A DNA stretch of 57,100 nucleotides, filler included, from Sphacelaria rigidula (GCA_964200075.2; 8 parts of 8 records of this genome joined end to end with filler, not necessarily neighbours in it); one strand, 5' to 3'; positions 12,263 through 25,070 are shown, counted from the first letter of the whole stretch. Program-made: numbers and translations. The notes: generated by a model not told the origin, from the letters alone.

Positions 12263-14202
12263 GCTTCCGCAGCTATCTGGAACTTGATGTCCCAAAACAC
12301 CCCGACGTAGTTGTAGGCTCTCTGGTTCGTTGAACTCGTGCAATCTCGTTCGACCTTATTGCATTTTATCGATTGTTTTGGCTAGGTTATTTCACTTTTG
12401 CTTTGGACGTCTGCAGCGGCGTGCTGATGAACCATCCCAGATGAACTCGTGCATAAAGCCGTTGGCGGTGCTCTGCTTGGGTTGTATGTAACGCAGTGCA
12501 ATGCGGCGGGAAACAACGCAATACCACGCACAGACAGGACGACAAAGCCTACCTAGTCCATGCTTACTCTTTACTGTTCCACGTAATTGTGATTGAGGTA
12601 ATCCGAAAAGAGAGTACAAGCATACCCTGGTGCAGTTTTTTTTGCTATTGAAACCAATGAGGGCACGCAACTGTGAAGCAGCGCGGTTGTGTTGTTTCGT
12701 ACTCGTGGAAAGAACGGCTTATGTTGCAATGTGGATTTTCTCACATTTGTGCAAGGCATACTATTCACCATATATAACTGGAGTGACGCGACAAAATGAC
12801 ACCTCAAACCTCCCCACAAAATATTTTTTTTTCGGAGGCACATGCTACGTCTTTGGAGATCATGCCGGAGTTGACTCTACACAAGCACGGTTGGACACCA
12901 TGTCATGGTTCGATACTCACCACCTAGGTGGGAAGGTGCCAGTTCAGTGGGCACCGGGGGCTAGCGGGCCCAAATACAATCGTTAGTATCGAAGCCATTG
13001 AGCTCGATTTACCATGTGGGGAGTCAACCCACACACCAATGACCAGACGCCATGCCCATGGTTCACGCCGGAGACAAGACCCATATGTTGCGTGCAATGC
13101 GTGCTTACATTGCGTGAAGACCAAAGACTCCTCTGAGATAGCAGTCCGTGATAGCGTTGACGCTTCTTGTATTATTGGCAACCGGCTGGTAGCTGCTAAT
13201 CGCGCGTTGAGATAGGTTCCCAAAAGACTGTGCGCTGAGTAGGGGAACACTGTCGGAATCAATCAGACTCAGAATGGCCCATGATCTGTCGGGCTAGACA
13301 ACGAAAGAGTATGACACATGGAATCTACTCGACTGGACAATAACCGATAAATCCGGAACAGGAACGTTTGCCCACGTGTGTGCCTTTTTCAACTCGCCAA
13401 CGACTCATTGCACGGTCTTATTTTTGCTGCTGACTAAGGCGAAGGCAATGTTCAATTGTTTTCAACTGCTTTGCTCTCATGTTCTCGTGACATTCGCTGC
13501 ATAACCGCTGTCTTCCTGCTCCCAAATCAACGAGAACGCAAAGGAATACCATGAACGCAGGCTTTTGTTGTTCCGGTTCCTGTTTGAAATTTTCCATCAT
13601 CTTGATCAGGCTTTTGTGGTTCGGGATCGACACCCCGCGAAAAAGAGCCAGTTTGGGCGACTTTCGATGGCAATAACACGCGCCACAGGTGTCAGATGAC
13701 ACCCAAACCTGAAAGGAAATGTACCGCTGCACCTTCTTCGTGCACTGCAAAAGAAAGCGCGTGATAAGATTCCTTGCCACCAGAGAAAACTCGTCAAAAG
13801 TGGTGAAAAATGTGAAATGATACATATACACAACATAATATAAATATATATAGAGAGGGAAATGTACCAATTAAGATACAGAGCCATTTAAGATACAAGT
13901 TGTTTTAATCGTTCATATCTCTGCGAAATATTAACCGTTTTCCGTTCTGTTTTTTTCTGCGTGTGCACAAGAGCACAGCGCTTTGTTTGAGTTATTGCAT
14001 GTGTCTCAAGCATCCGATAACGTAGTCTTACAGCACTGCGAGTAAGCGCGTATGTGTCATCCTTCTAAATCAGATTTTTGGTCGATCGGCTGCTAAGCAT
14101 GCAGAGAGCAGAACGTGCAGCACAGGCCGTATAAGCGGTACACAGCGGTCGTCCTAGCTTCCGTGCTGCAGCTACGACCTTTGACATCTCCGTCGGTGCA
14201 CT

Positions 14203-14302
14203 NNNNNNNNNNNNNNNNNNNNNNNNNNNNNNNNNNNNNNNNNNNNTTAATTAATTAANNNNNNNNNNNNNNNNNNNNNNNNNNNNNNNNNNNNNNNNNN
14301 NN
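14203..14302. other. Artificial assembly spacer
   Basis: N44-TTAATTAATTAA-N44. Confidence 0.98.
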
Positions 14303-14408
14303 CTCCGTCTCGAAAGGGATGCGTGTTCAATGGTCAAACGACAAAGGCAAGCAACAAATGCGTACGCCCCCCCCCTGCCCGAGGGTTCTCGGGATGCCTT
14401 GGTCGGGG

Positions 14409-14438
14409 TTAGGGTTAGGGTTAGGGTTAGCGTTAGGG
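14409..14438 (+). repeat. Interstitial telomere-type repeat (TTAGGG)x5, one unit TTAGCG, inside a dispersed repeat
   Basis: Read directly. It is preceded by TGCCCGAGGGTTCTCGG, a motif also found in the MITE at 55565-55865. Confidence 0.85.
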
Positions 14439-14622
14439 TTGGCGGCATCCCCATAGTACCAACCATTGTTTACGTATATTTGGTCAGATCCCCTCTTTAT
14501 GGATGATGACTGCCCTGATCTGTCGTAATGTAGACACTGTATGGATCTCGCAAAATGTTCCCCGCAACCTGCATGTGGCGATACGTGTGTGTGTGCTGTT
14601 GTACTTCTTTGTCTCTACGCAG

Positions 14623-14721
14623 GTATCGTGATGGCGTTGTACGCCCTGCTGCGGTCTAAACCAGACTCTTCGGCGGAGGAGATAGAAGCAGGCCTGGACG
14701 GCAATTTGTGCCGCTGCACTG
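14623..14721 (+). CDS. Internal exon of xanthine dehydrogenase/aldehyde oxidase (second 2Fe-2S domain)
   Basis: 99-bp phase 1-1 exon with a pyrimidine tract plus CAG acceptor and a GTGAG donor. It encodes (G)[32 protein letters not shown](G), with the GNLCRCTG signature of the xanthine oxidase family. Confidence 0.92.
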
Positions 14722-16264
14722 GTGAGCTTGATATTGAGGAGTCTTGTTGACGGGGTACTTTTTTTTTCATATTTTTGTTCACTTGAAAAATAAATGTATT
14801 TTTTCTTTCACCTTCTCAAAAACGTAGGTTGCTAAACCCCCCCCCCCCCCCCCCCCCCCCTGTCTGAGAAATACATTATTAGTCTTCGACTTTTTGTTTT
14901 TNNNNNNNNNNGTTTTTGTTTTCTTATTTTTCTGTGCAGTAAACAAAAATGGTCTTTTTCTTTCCACCTCCTAAAAGAGGAGGGTGCTAACCCCCCCCCC
15001 CCTCCCCCAACGCTAGATTTTGGGAGAAATTAATTATGTTTTCAGTCTTCAATTAATCTGTTGCCCGACGTGGTGAATATTTTTGCTCTCATTTGTTTTC
15101 GGACATTTGTTTTCGGACATTTGTTTTTTCCCCCCTCCCAAAAATTGGAAAACTTCGGGGAATAAAAAACAGACCCACAAGACAGACAGACCTCTTGACA
15201 GTATCGTTCCACTGCTTCCTTGAGTACGCAACAGGGGGCTGATTCGAAAGAGTCTACGCGAACTGGTTGACATCATGCATGGTTCCACCCCAAAATCTTG
15301 AATTTCGTGTAGGCTGCCAAATTGGAATATTTGGGGGGCTGACAGTCCCAGATGCCCACACACCGTGTGCAGGACACGTTTAAGTCTAAATTTCCGCCCT
15401 CGGGGCCGATTTTCGTTCCGCCAATTCACCATTTGCCCAGGATATCCTTGCCCCCCTTGGCCGAGGGACGTCGGTAAACCCTAGGTTGGGGTTAGGGTTC
15501 TGGGTCAGGGTTCTCGTCATTTTCAAAGATGTGTCAACCGTGGATTTGGCGCTACGAACTTGGGCAAACCCTCCTCGTATGGACGCTGGAGGTCAATTGT
15601 CGACCAGTTGGGGTGAGGGCTGCTGCAGGGTTTTGACAAGAGCAAAGTATGATTCAACCATGGAAACTGTTGACCAGTTTCGCTGAATCCTACGTCGCTT
15701 AGTTGGCTGATCGATTGATCGATTGATCCATTGATCGATTGATTGATTGTCGCACATTCAGTCATGGGCCACGAAGCCAGCCGTTATGACCATTAGGCGG
15801 AAGATATATCAATCATGTGCCCACGTGAAGAAACACGGTAACACTCGCGGAGGAACTCCGAGAAAAAGGTACTCCAGCGGAGTTACAAGATTAGAGCGTT
15901 TCGGAAAATCCCGAAATTGTCTCAGGATCAAGGCGCAAAAACGTCGGGATGAAAACATGAAAAACATTCAGGATGAAATCTTTCAAAAACTTCAGGACGG
16001 AAGCTGATATGACGTGACTCGACGTTACGTCATTGTTCGCTGTGGTTGGCCGCAGGTTGCCCCACCAAGTGTGCAATAAACCATCCTATTCGAGAATGCA
16101 CAAATCAGCACAGCGCTGCATTGTTGCGGGTCTCTAAGACTGACAGAACAGTATTATCACACGGTATCCTGCCGTCCGTAACACCATGTCCCGTAACACA
16201 TGTCCCGTAACATATCATCCCGTGCCATACCATCCCGTATCGCACCGTCCCGTCCTGAACTCTA

Positions 16265-16440
16265 CACTGCACTGCGCTGCACTGCACTGCACTGCACTGC
16301 ACTGCACTGCACTGCACTGCACTGCACTGCACTGCACTGCACTGCACTGCACTGCACTACAGTAAGTGCAGCATACAGTACAGTACATTATGCAATACAG
16401 TGCGTTATACAATACAGTACAGTACAGTACAGTACGGTCC
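16265..16440. repeat. (CACTG)n pentamer microsatellite grading into (TACAG)n
   Basis: About 18 CACTG units at 16265-16358, then degenerate CAGTA units. Confidence 0.95.
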
Positions 16441-17545
16441 GCTACATTACAGTGCAATGCAGACCACTGCAGTACATTACGGTACAGACAGCACGGGAGT
16501 ACTTTTAAAAAAATCACACAGTCGCATGGCAGCGAGTGTGCACTCTGCTATCCAGAACAGTGGTAAAAGATGTTACGAAGTCTAAAACGGAACGGCAGTG
16601 CTGCTGCGAGGTAAACTACGAGTCGTTCACACCGTCGTCCCCCAGCTCAGCATAGACGAGACGAGGCTGGGAAGAGTGGGGAGCTGTACCACGAAGGCAA
16701 CGTCTTGTGTGCGGACTGAGCATTTAAATTTCACGCAATACATCCAAGCGAATGCTGATACCATGGCGGAGGCAGGGAGATCCCGAGTCTACAACGACAA
16801 GTGTTGCTACTTCGTGACTGGTTCATTATGATAAGGATGTAAGTTGTGGTGGATATCCCACGTTGCTTGTGAGCGTATATTGACTGTGAACTGGCGATGA
16901 CATTGGTGTGTGTGTGGGGGGGGGGAAGAGGGGGGGAGGATTCCTCTCCGTCTCATCCTGAGTTCTGAAGTGTGATGCTACGGTAGGTGTGCACAAATAT
17001 TTCTTGAGGTTGGAATTGTTAGGAGCCCTTCATCTCATCCAAAATACGACTTATGAAAACATGTGAGGGTATGCTAAGATTACCATTCCAATGTGCTAGG
17101 AATATCCTGAATGAATTTGCAGACGGGGATGCCTTGACCCATATTCTTGTGCATCTAGAATCGTTGGGAGTCCCTGCATCAGACAAGATTTTGCGCAAAA
17201 AGTGCATCCCTACCGTAGCGTTGACCTGAAGCAGCACTGCAGAATTCAGGATGGAGGGCTCAAAAAAGGAGGCGACGATCCTGAAGTTCTTCAGGATGGA
17301 ATTTGTTCGTGTATGTGTACGGCATGTTCACTTTGAATTTTCATATGAAATAGCAGTAGCGGCCGCCACGCCTCGATGGTCGCATGGTTCAGCTGGCACC
17401 ATTAGGGGAGGGGAAACGCAGGAGGGATTGAGATCAGATGCGTCTACGGCGGCTTTTTTTTTTTCTCACAAGTGTCCGACTGATTTCCGCCGTTGAAATA
17501 GTGAGAACGTGACTGAGTTTGTCAGACGACAGTCGACGCGAGGCT

Positions 17546-17869
17546 AGTTTACCGGCGTTGGGCTACAAATTCTCATGGTTGACACAATTTTACAAGTATC
17601 GCTACCCCTAACAACCCTAACCCCAATCCGACGCATATCGAGAACCCTCAGGCAAGGGCGGCACATTCATTCTCCAGGCAAAGTGTGGCCTTGGTAGACC
17701 CCGAATCGGCGCCTGCGGCGCCTACGGCGCTGATTTTACCGAAAACGCGTTCTGTGCACGCGAGGAGCACACGGGACTGCCAGCCCTACTAAAGATCCCA
17801 TTCTCGTTGTACACACTCAAATCAAGCAATTATCAACCATGGACACTTGTAGCCCAACGCCGGTAAACT
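17546..17869. mobile_element. MITE (324 bp) with about 37-bp TIRs and internal telomere-like CCCTAA units, copy 1
   Basis: AGTTTACCGGCGTTGGGCTACAA...TTGTAGCCCAACGCCGGTAAACT (23 bp perfect inverted match). A homologous copy lies at 55565-55865 in the opposite orientation. Confidence 0.88.
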
Positions 17870-19739
17870 CTACCGGTCGACACGGTCCGATCCAATTCGC
17901 AAGGCCGAAATGTAAGGAGGCGTGTGCCGAAGGAGAGATGGGTTGATCGCTTGAGACCACGGACTCTGCGCGAGGAGGAAGAGGAGGGGGTAAACGTTTG
18001 ACTTTTAAACAAAAAAACAGCATAGATATTATAGCTGAGCTTTGCTCCCTCAGCGTTCCACCGGTGCGGTCTCTTCGCTTGTAGAAGCCCTGGAAATGGG
18101 CCTGTTCGGGTTTTTCACGGGACCGGTACTAGACGTTGAGCTAAGGTGACGTTTTTGTGTTTTGTGTTTTTCCAGTATTTAGTTCAGTTTCGTTTCCTTT
18201 TCCTTTTCGTTTTCTTATCTTTTTTCCAACTTATTCTGTTTTGTTTTTCTCTCCTCCTCCCTCTTCCTCTTTTGACTCTTTTTTTTGTCAGTAAAACCTT
18301 TCCTGTCTGTTCTTTTCACTGTTTATTTTTATTTTTATGTTCCCCTATTTTCTCGACTGTCCTTCACCGTCAGCTCGTGTATGCTACTGGGTACCTTGGG
18401 TTATGCAGCCTATCTGCCCTGTGAGCACGGCTCAGTGCCTACTGGGTCAATCACCATGTGTGACAATCCGTCGATTGAATAATCAATCTAACCATTCCAA
18501 ATAATTGAACCAGTACCGTCCAACTTGACTACCCGCCGGTTTTCCCGACGCAACTCGTGTACAAGCACGAAATGTTCTTCTCTGTTCGGTTCGGTCATCC
18601 AAGAACAAGATTTCATTCTTCCGTAAATACCTCACACGCATGGAAATTCCTTCCGGCTTCAACCATGGTTTGTCACTTTGCCGGGTCACGCGTCGTTCTT
18701 GACCCGTCTTCACATTCCAAATCCAACGTGTTGAGAATAAAAACATGGATGATCGTATACAAGGAAGAAAACGCGAAAACGAGTCGACTCTGCGTTTGCT
18801 CCTCCTGTTTTTTTGCTAATATTATTCTTTATTTCCTTGTTTCTCTTCGGTTTGTACCGTGTACCCGAATATGTCCTTCCCCCATGCGACACGACAAGGG
18901 TACCGGCCGATTCTAGACGCTGCAAAGAGCCTTGGCAGCAACGGTGGTGCTCCAAGCGGCTGCTGCCAGGGAAAAGGAGGATCATGTCCCTGCTTCGATT
19001 CAAAGGTGGCTTGACCAGGGTACACCCACAAAATTCATGAACGACGTAAACTCAGTTGAATTGTTCATTTTTTAAAGGGTTTTTCCTTCTGTAGTCATTT
19101 TCTTTTCTTTCACGGGAAACAAACTGGAATATATATATATATATATATGTTTATATACATTTGCTGGCTTTTAGATTTTTTTGCTTTTTGGAAACATTAC
19201 AAGAAGCTTTCATTTTGTAGTTTCATTTTTGTTTCATTTTTTTGTTTCATGTTTGAATTGGTTGGAGTTAATTTCTGTTACGTTAAAAATTATATCTGTT
19301 GTATTTGTTGACGTGTTTTTTGGAGGGGGAACGATATCGTACACCAAGCTCAGGATTTCCCCGGGCATCCTTGCGTAGTGCAAATAAATGCGAGTAAATT
19401 GCCGGAACGCGGAGAGGAGTAAATGACGGGCGACAGCAGGCGTTTTTTTTTTTCGCTCTGAGGTTCCAGTGTTTGCTTGCTTCTTTCCTTCGTGTTTCCA
19501 TCTTTTCCCTTCCTCGAGTGTCCGTAGAGAGTGGCCTCTTCAGGTATGTTCATTTATATTTGCTTGGTTCGTTGTATATCTGGTTGCCATTTCTTTTCAT
19601 CTCTCATCTTCATCTCTATTCTTTCTCGAATGTCGTCTGTTCTAGCGAGTGTCTCCGTCTTGTACGTCGGTTTCTTACTGTGCATCTATTTTGTGAATAC
19701 ACGGCCGGATTCTTGAAGGACAAGTGAATGTGCGACAAA

Positions 19740-20152
19740 CAATGAAATCCAATGAAATCCAATGAAATCGATTAAATGGATCAACTTAATCAACTCAACT
19801 AAATCGATCACATCAATCGAGTCAACCAATTCAGTCGCGTCAATCGAGTCAATGAGATCAATGAGATCAATGAGACCAATGAGGTCAATCAGATCAAGCA
19901 ACTCCATCAGATCACTCAAATCACTCGAATCATTCAGCTCAATCAACTCTATCGACTCAATGGACTCAATGGACTCAATGGACTCAATTGACATAATCAC
20001 ACCAATCAAATCAATCACATGGGATGGTATCGAACCAATCATATGAGTCAAATCAAATCAAATCAAATCACATAGATCATATCAGCCAATGATTCTCTTG
20101 TGATCCACGACTGGATTCGGAACAGAATGAACTGAAATCAATCAAGATCAAT
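19740..20152. repeat. Degenerate AATC / 9-bp periodic low-complexity tract, probably expanded retroposon 3' tails
   Basis: Units such as tcaatgaga, tcaatggac and aatca. The preceding CACGG..GGAT..GAATGTGCGACAA motif recurs next to AATC tails near 15705-15790 (minus) and more loosely near 18425-18490 and 25965-26025. Confidence 0.7.
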
Positions 20153-20217
20153 TTTGCACTCTCGCACCCCCCGTGACGCGAACTACTGTAGTATCAGGCA
20201 ATTATGGACGTCATCCA

Positions 20218-20598
20218 GTGTGTTTCGCGTGTGTGTTGTCATCCTATTTATTCTGAACGTCGGTCTACATTTTTCGGTATATGTAGGCGCATCAGCAGGG
20301 GTCACACAGGAGGAAGGTCAACACGGGATTTCTTTGTTGTCGTTCGGTTTTTTAGTTCTCCGCCTTCCTTCTGCGGTGCATGCCTTTCTATTTTATCGCG
20401 ACCGGGGTCCGGCAGTCCCTTTCCCTCGTCGACTTGTTGAGTCGAATTTTGTGTACCCACGACATGGTCGCTCGCCACTGTTGGGCATTGTGTGGGAATA
20501 AATCCCAGATCGCTCCAAGATTTGAACCCTCGACCCAACCGTTGTCTAGATAATTGTCAACCTGTAGGCAATCACGGCCACACTACTCCACCGGGATG
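20218..20598 (-). mobile_element. tRNA-derived SINE, family 1 (apparently full length)
   Basis: Minus-strand head CATCCCGGTGGAGTAGTGTGG (A-box-like, 20578-20590) and GGGTTCAAATC (B-box-like, 20519-20529), with an (AC)-rich 3' tail. The body is shared with 26560-26798 and 24960-25070. Confidence 0.7.
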
Positions 20599-20779
20599 TC
20601 GTGTCTCTCGTTGATAGATTATGTCCCTTATCCAAAACATCGAAAGTCCTCCCTCTTGAAGCAGCATACCAAAAGCCCCCCCCCATTTCGATCTAGTATG
20701 GGATCAGGGCTGAGTTCGGAAGTAGTGACAGTAGCGAGGAAACGATTGCTAAACTAGGAGATAGATGATGGCCAGAGAC

Positions 20780-21352
20780 GGCGAATCAGGAAGGAGATGG
20801 GATATGTGAAAGGTTTTGTGTAATGTATGGAAGAAACGTAATGAGTGCCCAAGTGTCGGAGGTGTCTCATTAGGAGTAGGGACGATGTTCTGTCTCGCAA
20901 GCGATGCGTGACCAAGGGTCAAACGAATAAGACCGACAACAAATAAGTACCCCCCCCCCCCCGTTCAGCCTGGTCCGGCGAGAACCCGGCGTCCTCCGTC
21001 TCGGCTTTGTATGGACGAACCCTCGATGGGGTTGGCGTCGGTTGGCGATTACGCTATAAAACACGCTACTCACTGCGTAAGCAAGGCAACCAGGTTACCG
21101 ACTTTTTCGCGCGCTTTCGTTTTTTTGCGGTAACCATTATGGTAGTCGAGCTACATCATGTTGTGCAGCATGGGAGAACCTCAACTCCGCACGATGTGAA
21201 TGATCATAGTACGTAGTGTTCACATGGTAAGACACCCATGAGGCAGTGTACAGGCCGTGGCTGTCTCAGGAAGTGGCGATACCAGAAAATAATGCAACTA
21301 ATTGTAGGCTGTCGTCCGAATGCAAGATAATCAGTAGGCTTCGGGCCGAACA
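20780..21352 (-). repeat. Composite of abundant dispersed repeat modules joined at a G/C tract
   Basis: Modules recur at 6985-7051, 14303-14375, 21453-21500, 23045-23110, 27175-27680, 44915-45040, 47375-47570, 50345-50430 and 56860-56965. Confidence 0.8.
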
Positions 21353-21452
21353 NNNNNNNNNNNNNNNNNNNNNNNNNNNNNNNNNNNNNNNNNNNNTTAA
21401 TTAATTAANNNNNNNNNNNNNNNNNNNNNNNNNNNNNNNNNNNNNNNNNNNN
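21353..21452. other. Artificial assembly spacer
   Basis: N44-TTAATTAATTAA-N44. Confidence 0.98.
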
Positions 21453-23707
21453 TGGTCAAACGACTAAGGCAAGCAACAAAAGAGTACGCCCCCCCCCCCT
21501 ACCCCCCTGTACGTAAAATTCTTGTTTCAAGCTTGCCTCTCTGCGCTATTTTGGTTGATGGGTATGGATGGTATGCTCCTTGCACACACTATGTGACCAT
21601 GGGTCTGAGAGATCAAGCTAATGTGACGAAAAGTAGTCATTATTACAGTGATGCGTGACAAAATTCCACCTCGATTCACGATAATCCATGAAAACGAAAA
21701 AAGCAAACGAAACTTACCTTGATATAGGAGGCTACGAACTTTGAAGAGGAATCCTGCGCCAGTAAGCAGCGCGCGGCATCCTCCTTGAGCACACCTTCGA
21801 AATACCACCATGCCTCCGACAGCTGTTTCCGTAATCACGGGCCAGACAAAAAATAAGCACGCAGAAAAAAAAATGCCCATGAAAAAAACACACACGGAAA
21901 AAACAGACACACAGAAAAACAGACACACACATAAAAAATCACACACGAAAAACATGTGCACAAAAAACACATAAACAAAAAACACATACACAAAAAACAC
22001 ATACACAAAAAACACACACGAAAAAAAAAAAAAAACACGAAAAAAAACGCACTGTCGTCTTCTTGGGCGTATATATCATTTCCTGTTTTGGTCTTGAGCG
22101 ATGCTACGATAGGCTTGCACTTTTCGAGGGAAATATTTTCTTGGGGTGTGTTGCACGGATCATTTTGAGGATTGGCATCATTTTCACTTGAAAAATACTG
22201 AAGATGATGCCGCACGAAAAGGCCCCTGCGTGCATCTCCATGTCCTGTCTCCGGAGGTCTGGGTTGCACAGTAAGCCCCATATATTTGGGCTCCTACAAA
22301 AACAAGACCGAGAAACAAGAAATGCAACCCCTATCGTAGCATTGCTCTCTTGTGTGTTTTTTTTCGCTCTGCGGATTTGTGACCACAGGTACTAGATTTC
22401 TGTGTAAGGGCCAAGGTGACCGCGGGTCAAAACAGTCTCTGCGCTATTCCACGTGCCTGGAGTGCGCGTACCCCCGGGGGTGCGGTGTAACGCTAAAAAC
22501 ATAACCCGAGGATTGGTTAGTACGGTACGAATCACTTAGTCTAAAAGCAAGTAATTTCAGGGGGAAACAAGTCCTCATCCGCCCGACCCATGGTGAATTG
22601 ATGTTCCCGGCCTACCCATCCCACCATGGCTTGTCTAAATTGCCGCCGTTTCTTGAGTGTTGCCGTTCAGCATTAAAAAAATGATGTTTTTTCTCGCCGG
22701 AACAACATGATGGACAAGCCGCAACGCGAACGCACAGGCAGCGAGTATTCTCGATCTTCCTCAGACTACGGGTGAGCACGGACGGTACCTTTCTACTCCG
22801 TGATGTGACACCAACCCCTCCTACCGTATGAAATCGAATTTTGATCTCTGATAAAATAAAATAAAATATCGTCCACGATGAAAAAAGAGGTTCGGGAAAA
22901 TCAAATCTTGACTACAAAAAAAAATCCGGCATGTCGCCCATAATTTACTGTCCGACACGAGATATATATATATGAAGAAAAAAAAAATCTTGGGAGGGGG
23001 GGGGGTGGCTGGGGTCTTGTTAATTATGCGTCCGTTTTTCGTATGACCATTGACCTCACATGCCTACACAGCCGGGTAGAGCACGCTGGGTTTTGCCGGA
23101 CCAGGCTCGCAATTATCAATCACCATGCGCGAAGCAGTGAAGGAGGAGGGAGAGGGGGGGGTCTCATGATCCTAAAAAATGCAAAGAAAAACGATCACGA
23201 TCAATCAAATAACAGTAAATTCACAATGTTTTTTTTCTTCAAGATTTGCGCAAAATTCATACATGTTGAAGGGTTTCGCTATTCCTAAATTTCCGCTGAA
23301 GAAAAAATAATAATAAAATTTTCAAAAACGCGTATTTTTTTTCTTGCTCACGTCTCCGTGATCTCTCAGCACCCCATCCAACCCGTCGACATACGCGCTG
23401 TGCTCCGTCGCCCGACTCATCCGTCGCATCATCTCAGAAACCTGCGAGTAGGTTACGGGGGAATGGATACAAGTCACGTTATTTATTTGCGTCACATTGG
23501 CCCGAGCTTTAGAACCCGCGGTCGCAGCGTGCAAGGAGCATACCATCCATGCCCATAAAGTAAACAGCCAACGAAAGAAGGTGAGAAACAAAACATCTAC
23601 AATACACGGGGAAAAAAAGGTCCCTACACAATAAAAGATCTGTAAAAGACCGATTTAACTACAGGAGACAGTAAGTCAGCAAAAAAAAGCGAAAACAAAC
23701 AATTGTA

Positions 23708-24863
23708 CGAGCTGGGCCAGCCTAGAAACGGATTCAAGCTCTAGAAGCAATACATCATCGACACAGACGAGTTGGGCCGTGATCCACATATCGAATTAAT
23801 CATCCAATCAAGGGGAAGGTACCCATTTGCTCAATAATCTGGGTCATTTTTTTCTCGTTGATTATACCCCATGTCTACTAACTCCTATACCGTACGGAGA
23901 TAGCGCCCACACTAAAATCTACATGAAATCCCGAACGAGAAGTTCAGCGGATGATGACGATTATTGGTGTGGTCCTTCCCTGGAGCACAGGGAGACGATA
24001 GATACCCTCACTTTCACCTAATTCGTAATCTATCTGGAGATATGGCGCACATGACTTTTCATAATAAAATCAATATATTACGAGCAGAGGCACTAGATGC
24101 CTTGAATCTGGATATCGCGTCTAAGTTTTTGAGAATTGTGCTATGAAATTTCGTATGAAAAACCGCTAGTGTATAATATATATAAAATAGTTGATGACTT
24201 TTCCCGTTTTTTTCCTTGTTCTCGTGTTTTTTCGTGTTTTTAGTGGATTTTTGAGCACAAACGAACAATGCTTTCACGCCTTATCTCAAAATTTCAGCAA
24301 AATGTTTATAATTGTGATTTGAAACTTAGCATGGAGAACCACGAAGGTGTGCCGAATAACCAAAAAATGGGCCTCCAACTTCTATATTTTATAGAGGTTC
24401 ATGCGTTCTCGTGAAAAAATGTCTCTACCAAACTAGAACGCCCTAAACCAGCGAGAAAAAAAAAATCAACCCGACCCCCTGAGTTTTGTAAATCATGCCC
24501 TAGTGAAGACCCACACAAAATTATAATACACAAAAACCAAACGCGGGCCGGTGATTGGCCTGCGAGATACTGTTCCGAATTTATACCGACCCGGTTTTCG
24601 AAAGGCGAATGCGCCGGCCAATATTCAGAGTTGGAGCGTAAAATTTGGTATGGACAATGCATAGGGCATGAAGAAAAAAATTACGTCGGTACCAAGGAGT
24701 TTTTTTTCATGAATTAAAGGCAATCATCACTTTTCAGGCATGAGTAAAAAAAACTTCTGTAATGTCCATTACGAATTTCACGCTCCAACTCTAAATATTG
24801 GCCGGCGCATGGGCCTGCATGGGCCTACAAACTTCAAATCCGCCTCTAGGTTGGCCCAGCTCG
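23708..24863. mobile_element. Non-autonomous Tc1/mariner-like DNA transposon (1156 bp)
   Basis: TIRs CGAGCTGGGCCAGCCTAGAAACGGATT and AATCCGCCTCTAGGTTGGCCCAGCTCG, each flanked by TA (23706-7, 24864-5). No transposase ORF. Related sequence lies at 28603-28674, 35753-36290 and 37790-38690. Confidence 0.85.
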
Positions 24864-24959
24864 TACACTACGCAGTGTACACATATGAGTACATATATAT
24901 ATATTTGTGTGTGTATACACATTTCCGGGATTGAACTTTGAATTTCATATATACAACAA

Positions 24960-25070
24960 CAAAAAAGTCCTGTGTTGGCCTTCCTCCGGTGTGGCCCCGG
25001 CTGGTGCGCCCACATATACCGAAAGGTCTAGACTGGCGTCCATAATACGAGACGGTATGACAACACAACG
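24960..25070 (+). mobile_element. SINE family 1, 3' fragment
   Basis: CCTGTGTTGGCCTTCCTCC..GCTGGTGCGCCCACATATACCGAAAG..ATGACAACAC matches 20218-20330 (reverse complement) and 26700-26780. Confidence 0.7.

Noticed and set aside
14409-14438. True telomere
   Set aside because: Only 5 units, internal to the contig and embedded in a dispersed repeat.
16105-16585. Repetitive ORFs (VQCSA/LHCTA; also 11897-12343, 19686-20051, 21527-22281, 56144-56573)
   Set aside because: Translations of microsatellite or low-complexity DNA.
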